Of a stretch of 64,000 bases of DNA, positions 57,886 through 64,000 are shown piece after piece. Below the pieces are notes generated by a model. It worked only from the letters and a program-made list of their open reading frames with translations, was not told where the DNA came from and made no database searches. The DNA comes from an uncultured Alphaproteobacteria bacterium (GTDB lineage Bacteria > Pseudomonadota > Alphaproteobacteria > Rhizobiales > Xanthobacteraceae). A program made the position numbers and the translations under genes. The stretch is from positions 6,005 to 70,004 of the forward strand of contig CAWAPT010000015.1 in the NCBI GenBank assembly GCA_963784005.1. Reading direction: 5' to 3'. Within the stretch, counting starts at the first letter, position 1. Each line of letters opens with the position of its first letter.

Positions 57886-58778
57886 CTAACCGCCGTTGAG
57901 GTCGCCGAGGATTTTCTTGATCTCGGCGCGGAAGCCCGGCGCGATGTCGGGACGCGCCAGCGCGTAGGAGACATTGGCGGCGAGAAAGCCGATCTTCGAG
58001 CCGCAATCGAAGCTGCGGCCTTCGAATTGCAAGCCGTAGAACGGTTGCGTCTGCGCCAATTGGATCATGGCGTCGGTCAATTGGATTTCGCCGCCCGGCG
58101 CCGCGCTCCTGCGTGCCCAAAAGCTCCAGGATTTCCGGCTGCAAGATATAGCGGCCGGTGAGGATGAGGTTCGACGGCGCCCGGTCGGCCGGCGGCTTTT
58201 CCACCATGGTGGTGATCGAGAACATATTGCCCTTGCGCTCGCCGACGCCGACGACGCCGTATTGATCGATCCGATCGTGCGGCACTTCCTCGACGGCGAC
58301 GATATTCGGCCTGTCCCGGCAGTTCGCGCGCCGCATCGATCATCTGCGCGAGACAGCCGCGATCGTGCTGGACCAGGACGTCGGGCAGCAGCAGCGCGAA
58401 CGGCTCGTGGCCGATCAGTTCGCGCGCGCACCACACCGCATGGCCGAGACCGAGCGGCTCCTGCTGCCGGGTGAAGCTCGTCGAGCCGGGCACCGGCAGA
58501 TCCTGCTTGAGAAATTCGAGTGCCTTGTGCTTCTGCCGCTCGAGCAGCGTCATCTCCAGCTCGAACTGGCGGTCGAAGTGATCTTCGATGACGCCTTTGT
58601 TGCGGCCGGTGACGAAGATGAAATGTTCGATGCCGGCCTCGCGCGCCTCGTCGACGACGTGCTGGATCAGCGGCCGGTCGACGACCGGCAGCATCTCCTT
58701 CGGCATGGCCTTGGTCGCCGGCAAGAACCGGGTGCCAAGCCCGGCGACGGGGAAGACGGCTTTGCGGACGGGATTCAT
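57886..58778 (-). pseudogene. galU: UTP--glucose-1-phosphate uridylyltransferase, 2 frameshifts
   Basis: [39 protein letters not shown] (N-terminus), [21 protein letters not shown] (middle) and [13 protein letters not shown]...FEGRSFDCGSKIGFLAANV (C-terminus) lie in three frames. Confidence 0.85.
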
Positions 58779-58852
58779 GCGATGCCGTGGGGAAGAGAGA
58801 ATGGCGAAGCTGGGTGAAACGCGTTTCCGGTCAAATTATCGTACAAAGTGCT

Positions 58853-58879
58853 GTTTTCCAAAGTCTGTTTCCAAAGTCT
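58853..58879. repeat. tandem direct repeat GTTT(T)CCAAAGTCT x2 in the galU / transglycosylase divergent promoter region
   Basis: GTTTTCCAAAGTCT GTTTCCAAAGTCT read directly from the sequence. Confidence 0.7.
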
Positions 58880-59093
58880 TGCCTGATTGCAAGTCCAACT
58901 GTGACGGTCGCACGAAGACCGGCAAATCGCGTCGCTATGGAGCTTAACCCGCATCTTATTGCCGCACCGTGAATGCCAGTCACGGAAAATCGCCTGGCTG
59001 CGGAGCGGCAACAGCCCGCTGTTAGTGATTCGCTATACATTAGCAGGCATCTGCTCCATGCGACCACAAGTCCGAGAGTGCAAAGTCACAGCG

Positions 59094-60451
59094 ATGGTCC
59101 TGTTTGCATTGATTCTTCGGCTGCTTGCGTCATCGCTCTTCGCCGCCGGTCTATTGTCCGGCGCCGCGCTGGCGCAAGCAGCCCGACAACTGGCTGACGC
59201 GCCTGTTTCAACCCCCGGCGGCGAGCGCGGTTCCAGGCGGCGATGACGCGGCGCAATGGAGCGGCCAGTCCGGCGCGTCGGGCAATCCGCTGATGACGGC
59301 GGACGCCATCCGCTCTGCGGCTGGCCGAGTTCGGCAACTGCATTGGCGGGCTGTGGCCCGATGCCGCGCGGCGCGGCATCACGCGCGAAAATTTCGAGCG
59401 CTTCACCGCCGGGCTGACGCCGGACCTGCGCATCATGGACATGCTCGACGCGCAGCCGGAATTCACCAAGGCGCCGTGGGACTATCTCGATCTTCTGGTG
59501 AGCGACGACCGCATCGCGCGCGGGCGCGAGCTTCTGGCGCAATATGCGCCGACCTTCGCCGCGGTCGAACGCAGCTTACGGCGTCGACCGTTACATCGTT
59601 GCGGCGATCTGGGGCGTCGAATCGAACTACGGCACGCTCGGCGGCGATCGCCCGGTCATCCGTTCGACCGCGACGCTGGCCTGCGTCGGCCGCCGCCGCG
59701 ATTATTTCCGCGAAGAGTTTTTGTCGGCGCTGGAAATCTTGCAGCGCGGCGACGTGCCGCCCGACCATCTGGTCGGCTCCTGGGCCGGCGCGTTCGGCCC
59801 GACGCAATTCATGCCGACCTCGTTCAAGCGCTATGCCGTGGATTTCGACGGCGACGGCCAGCGCGACGTTGTCGACTCGATTCCGGACGTGATCGCGTCG
59901 ACGGCGAACAATCTGAAAATGGACGGCTGGGTCAGCGGCCAGACCTGGGGCTACGAAGTCGTGCTGCCGCAGAATTTCGATTATCTCCTGGCCGACCGCG
60001 CGCGGCAGCATGACGGTGCGGCAATGGCAGATCCTGGGCATGCGCCGCGCCGGCGGCGGCGCGTTCCCGCATCCCGACGATCGCGCCTATCTGCTTGCTG
60101 CCGGCCGGCGCGCGCGGCCCGGCCTTCCTGATGCTGCAAAACTTTCAGCGTCATCATGAAATACAATCCGGCCGAGGCCTATGCGCTCGCCATCGGCCAT
60201 CTTGCCGACCGGATGCGCGGCGGCGGGCCGCTTCGTGCAGGCCTGGCCGCGCGACGAACGCGTGCTCACGCTCGACGAGCGTTACGAGATGCAGCAGCTA
60301 TTGGCGCGGCGCGGGTTCGACATCGGCGAGCCCGACGGCTTGCTCGGTCCGCGCACCCGCATCGCCATCCGCAATTTCCAGGCCTCGAGTCGGGCAGGTT
60401 CCGGACGGTTTCGCCTCCAGCGACGTGCTCGACCGCTTGCGGCAGCCTTGA
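59094..60451 (+). pseudogene. lytic murein transglycosylase (MltB/SltB family) with C-terminal peptidoglycan-binding domain, at least 6 frameshifts
   Basis: Signal MVLFALILRLLASSLFAAGLLSGAALAQ. The pieces YIVAAIWGVESNYG, GSWAGAFGPTQFMP, DFDGDGQRD, AYALAIGHLADR and the PG-binding motif LLARRGFDIGEPDGLLGPRTRIAIRNFQ lie in several frames. Confidence 0.8.
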
Positions 60452-60592
60452 GCGGCCGCCGTTCGATCGCGGATCTATCTTCAAATCGACACTTTTTTGC
60501 GCATGCTCCTGGGCTAGATTGGCCGAGCTTTTTTCGCCGCGATGCTCTAGACTATCGCGGTTGCGCGCGAAGGCTCGTTTGGATAAGCCATC

Positions 60593-62094
60593 ATGCGATT
60601 ACCGAGTAAGCGGCAGCTGGCGGTTGCGGCGGCTTTCGATCGCGCTCTCGATTGCGTGCGGGCGCTGACGGCTGCTCGCCTGCCTGCCGGCCGCTCAGTT
60701 CTGGGGCGATCGCTGGCCGGATCAGCGCTACTATCAGCCGCCGCCCGCCGCGCGATTACTTTTCATTCCCGTTCTTCCAATGGCGGCGTTTCATGCGGCC
60801 GCCGCCGGTGGTCGATTCCACCAAGGCGCCGCCGCCGCGCAAACTGGAGACGCCGCCGACCAGCACGGTCGTGGTGATCGGCGATTCAATGGCCGATTGG
60901 CTCGGCTACGGACTCGATGAGACCTACGCCGATCAGCCGGATATCGGCGTCGAGCGCAAAATCCGCGCGACATCCGGCCTCATCCACTATGACGCGAAGA
61001 ACGAGACGCTCGACTGGCCGCAGGCGATCAAAGACGCGCTCGCCGACCGAAAAGCCGAACGCCATCGTCGTCATGCTCGGCTTGAACGACCGCATGTCGC
61101 TGCGCGACCAGTGCGCCGCCGCGCCGCCGCGCCCGCAGAAAAAAGGCGAAACGCCGAGCCGCCGGCAGCCGGCAAGCGACGCAGACTGCACCGCAGGCGC
61201 AGCCCCCGCGCCGACCGATACCGAAGCCGCGCCGCAGGACAGTGCCGCCGCCAACGACGCGCAGCGTCCCGTTCCCGGCGGATCGTACGAATTCCACACC
61301 GATCAATGGGCGGCGCTTTACGCCAAGCGCATCGACGAAATGATCGCCGCGCTCAAGAGCCAAGGGCGTGCCGGTGCTGTGGGTCGGGCTGCCGGCGATC
61401 CGCGGCACCAAATCGACCAGCGACATGAGCCTATCTCGACGAGCTTTATCGCGAGCGCGCCGAGAAGGCCGGCATCATCTATGTCGACATCTGGGACGGC
61501 TTTGTCGACGACCAGGGCCGTTACGCGGTGCAGGGCCCGGATTTCGAGGGCCAGATCCGGCGGCTGCGCACCGGCGACGGCGTGCATTTCACCAAGGCCG
61601 GCGCGGTGAAGCTTGCAAGCTATGTCGATCACGAATTGCGCCGCGTCATGTCGAACCACGTCGTGCCGGTGGCGTTGCCGGGTCCGGAGGAGAAGCCGCC
61701 GGCGAAGCCGGGCGTCGCCGGCGGCCCGACGTCGGCCCGGTCGTGCCGCTGGCGGCCGGCAGCGGCGACAGCCGGCGATCTTCTCGGCGCGGGCGGCAAT
61801 CCGGCGCCGGCGACGCCCGATCCGGTCGCGGCGAAAGTGTTGAGCCGCGGCGATCCGATCGCCGCGCCTGCCGGCCGCGCCGACGACTTCTCCTGGCCGC
61901 GTGCCGGGCCGATGGCAATGACGCCCGCGTCGACGCCGCTGGCCGATACGCCGATGCCGGCGGCGCTGGAACGCCGGCGGCCTGCCGGCGAAGAAGGGCA
62001 CCGCCGGCAAGAAGCCGGCCGATGCCAAGCCCGAAGCCGCACCGCCGATTCGGGCGCCGCGAATAGGCTGCGGGCGCCGGCCGGCGGGTTCTGA
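60593..62094 (+). pseudogene. DUF459 / SGNH-hydrolase-like secreted protein with Pro/Ala/Lys-rich tail, at least 4 frameshifts
   Basis: VVVIGDSMADWLGYGL (GDS block), NAIVVMLGLND, VLWVGLPAIRG and RTGDGVHFTKAG (DxxH block) lie in different frames. The 3' end is uncertain (62066 or 62094). Confidence 0.6.
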
Positions 62095-62099
62095 CCGCG

Positions 62100-63542
62100 T
62101 TAGCGCGGCAGCAGCGTCGATCCCATCAGATATTTGTCGACGGCGTGCGCCGCCTGGCGGCCTTCGCGGATCGCCCAGACCACCAGCGACTGGCCGCGGC
62201 GCATGTCGCCGGCGGCGAAGACCTTGTCGATCGAGGTGCGGTAATCGTCGGTCGTGGCGCTGACATTGCCGCGCTTGTCGAGCGCGAGATCGAGGCTCTT
62301 GAGCAGGCCTTCGTGCACCGGATGCACGAAGCCCATCGCCAGCAGAACGAGATCGGCGGCGATCTCGAATTCGCGTGCCGGGATCGGCTTCATCTTGGCG
62401 TCGACGCGCACGCAATGCAGCTTCTTCACCGCGCCGTTCTCGCCGGTGAATTTGGTCGTCATCACCGCGAAATCGCGCTCGACGCCTTCTTCGTGGCTCG
62501 ACGAGGTGCGCAGCTTGAGCGGCCAGTTCGGCCAGGTCAGCGTCTTGTTTTCGTGCAGCGGCGGCTCCGGCATGATTTCGAAATTGGTCACCGACAGCGC
62601 GCCCTGGCGGAACGAGGTGCCGATGCAGTCCGAGCCGGTATCGCCGCCGCCGATGACGACGACGTGCTTGCCCTTGGCGAGGATCGGCTCGCCGGCCGCG
62701 GCCTTTTCGCCGGAGACGCGCCGGTTCTGCTGCGGCAGGAAATCCATGGCGAAATGGATGCCCTTGAGCTCGCGGCCGGGCACCGGCAGGTCGCGCGGCT
62801 TTTCGGCGCCGCCGGTCAGCACCACGGCGTCATAGTCCTTGAGCAGCTTTTCGGCCGGGACATTGACGCCGACATGGGCGCCGTAATGGAACACGACGCC
62901 TTCCGCCTGCATCTGTTCGACGCGGCGGTCGACGTGATGCTTTTCCATTTTGAAGTCGGGAATGCCGTAGCGCAGCAGGCCGCCGGCCTTGGCCCATCGC
63001 TCGTAGACATGGACCTCGTGCCCGGCGCGCGCGAGCTGTTGCGCGCAGGCAAGGCCGGCCGGGCCCGAGCCGACGATCGCGACTTTCTTGCCGGTCCGCG
63101 CCGTCGGCGGCTCGGGCTTGAGTCCCTGCGCGATGGCGCGGTCGGCGATCGCGCATTCGATCGATTTGATGGTGACCGGATTCTCGTCGATATTGAGCGT
63201 GCACGAGGCTTCGCACGGCGCCGGGCAGACCCGGCCGGTGACTTCCGGAAAATTATTGGTCGAATGCAGGTTGCGCGCGGCCTCGTCCCAGTTGCCGTTG
63301 TAGACGAGGTCGTTCCAGTCCGGGATCTGGTTGTTGACCGGGCATCCCGGCGAGCCGGGCGCGACCGAACCGGTGCCCTGGCAATAGGGCACGCCGCAAT
63401 TCATGCAGCGCGCGGCCTGGGTGACATAGTCTTTCTCCGGCAGCGGCAGAACGAATTCGCGCCAATGGCGAATGCGTTCGGCGACCGGCTCGTAATCACG
63501 ATCCTCGCGCTCGTATTCGAGAAAGCCGGTGATCTTGCCCAA
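62100..63542 (-). CDS. gltD: glutamate synthase small subunit
   Basis: [13 protein letters not shown]..., [34 protein letters not shown] and [13 protein letters not shown]. Confidence 0.93.
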   Translation of the reverse strand: MGKITGFLEYEREDRDYEPVAERIRHWREFVLPLPEKDYVTQAARCMNCGVPYCQGTGSVAPGSPGCPVNNQIPDWNDLVYNGNWDEAARNLHSTNNFPEVTGRVCPAPCEASCTLNIDENPVTIKSIECAIADRAIAQGLKPEPPTARTGKKVAIVGSGPAGLACAQQLARAGHEVHVYERWAKAGGLLRYGIPDFKMEKHHVDRRVEQMQAEGVVFHYGAHVGVNVPAEKLLKDYDAVVLTGGAEKPRDLPVPGRELKGIHFAMDFLPQQNRRVSGEKAAAGEPILAKGKHVVVIGGGDTGSDCIGTSFRQGALSVTNFEIMPEPPLHENKTLTWPNWPLKLRTSSSHEEGVERDFAVMTTKFTGENGAVKKLHCVRVDAKMKPIPAREFEIAADLVLLAMGFVHPVHEGLLKSLDLALDKRGNVSATTDDYRTSIDKVFAAGDMRRGQSLVVWAIREGRQAAHAVDKYLMGSTLLPR

Positions 63543-63597
63543 GGACGCTCTCTTCCACGCTCGCTTGTATTTTATCTTCTTGGTACTTTTTGGCGCT

Positions 63598-64000
63598 CTA
63601 TTCCGCCGCGATGGCCGCAGCCTTCATTTCGTTGAGCGCGCGGCGATATTCGACCGGCATCACCTTACGGAATTTCGGATACCACGTCTTCCAGTCGGCC
63701 AATATCTTGGCGGCAACGGCCGAGCCGGTAAAGCGCGCATGCCGCGAAATCAGGTGATGCAGCCGATGCCCGTCGAAGCGGCTCATGTCCGACATGATGT
63801 CGACCATGCCGTGGGCTTCGAGATCGCGCGCGTGGTGGAAGACGCGCGCATTGATGTCTTCTTCGCCCGGCATCGGCTCAAGCTCGACCATGGCCATATT
63901 GCAGCGCGAGGCGAAGCTGCCGTCCTCGTCGAGCACATAGGCGATGCCGCCCGACATGCCGGCGGCGAAATTGCGCCCGGTCGGCCCGAGCACCACCACC
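63598..64000 (-). CDS. gltB: glutamate synthase large subunit, C-terminal fragment (continues beyond the window)
   Basis: [22 protein letters not shown]... is the GXGXG beta-helix domain tail, directly upstream of gltD. Confidence 0.9.
   Translation of the reverse strand, partial: VVVLGPTGRNFAAGMSGGIAYVLDEDGSFASRCNMAMVELEPMPGEEDINARVFHHARDLEAHGMVDIMSDMSRFDGHRLHHLISRHARFTGSAVAAKILADWKTWYPKFRKVMPVEYRRALNEMKAAAIAAE

Noticed and set aside
1-64000. CRISPR arrays, tRNA/rRNA/tmRNA genes, integrases, transposases, prophage or toxin-antitoxin/defence modules.
   Set aside because: I found no regularly spaced direct repeats. I saw no T-loop-like GGTTCGAATC-type motifs in the larger gaps (7072-7544, 25782-26121, 42438-42720, 43568-43790, 49875-50393, 58779-59093). 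No ORF had recombinase or defence-type motifs. This was an inspection by eye only, so small RNAs could have been missed.

Overview
This is a high-GC alphaproteobacterial chromosome segment. The intergenic repeat families suggest a Bradyrhizobiaceae/Nitrobacteraceae-like organism. All calls rest on motif and family recognition by eye; no alignments or HMM searches were run.

Gene content is mostly core metabolism, in this order:
- An oxalate/formate module: oxc (partial), frc, a stand-alone formyltransferase resembling the 10-formyl-THF dehydrogenase N-domain, fhs, a GST, an oxalate/formate-type MFS antiporter with a mini-ORF, and NAD-dependent formate dehydrogenase fdsB (fused G-B) and fdsA.
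- bioB coupled to a DsbA-like gene, then dcp-ggt, a DapA-family gene, and an ornithine decarboxylase with a 470-nt leader.
- A Zur-box-controlled operon: His-rich mini-protein, znuC, znuB, COG0523 GTPase, WD40 protein.
- A TRAP transporter (dctPQM) and a dienelactone hydrolase.
- A Co-type nitrile hydratase operon interrupted by a small GIY-YIG gene that is bracketed by inverted hairpin repeats.
- A UbiD-like decarboxylase, an SDR, a TauE exporter, and a TPR/beta-barrel plus FecR-like pair.
- Valine-catabolism genes (mmsB, HIBCH, acyl-CoA dehydrogenases), a class II aldolase, a GGDEF-EAL sensor, an EamA transporter, pxpBC, indolepyruvate:ferredoxin oxidoreductase, hemH, an outer-membrane barrel, galU, a lytic transglycosylase, a DUF459-like gene, and gltD plus the gltB 3' end.

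I found no rRNA, tRNA, CRISPR array, integrase, prophage or recognisable defence genes. I also saw no classical transcription-factor gene anywhere in the 64 kb.

Two window-scale signals stand out.
1. At least five families of 45-120 bp REP/MITE-like intergenic repeats share a GCGAAGCG core, and three of them share CGTCA...TGACG termini. One family occurs both as an 'empty' inverted pair and as a 'filled' pair enclosing the AT-rich GIY-YIG ORF. This is my best candidate for an undescribed mobile unit.
2. Frameshifts are strikingly patchy. Three blocks (about 31.3-34.75, 42.8-49.4 and 57.9-62.1 kb) carry many indels per gene, while neighbouring multi-kb ORFs are intact. Low-quality assembly patches explain this better than real decay, but I cannot settle that without reads.

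I do not see a clear-cut novel multi-gene system. The findings are ranked with that in mind.
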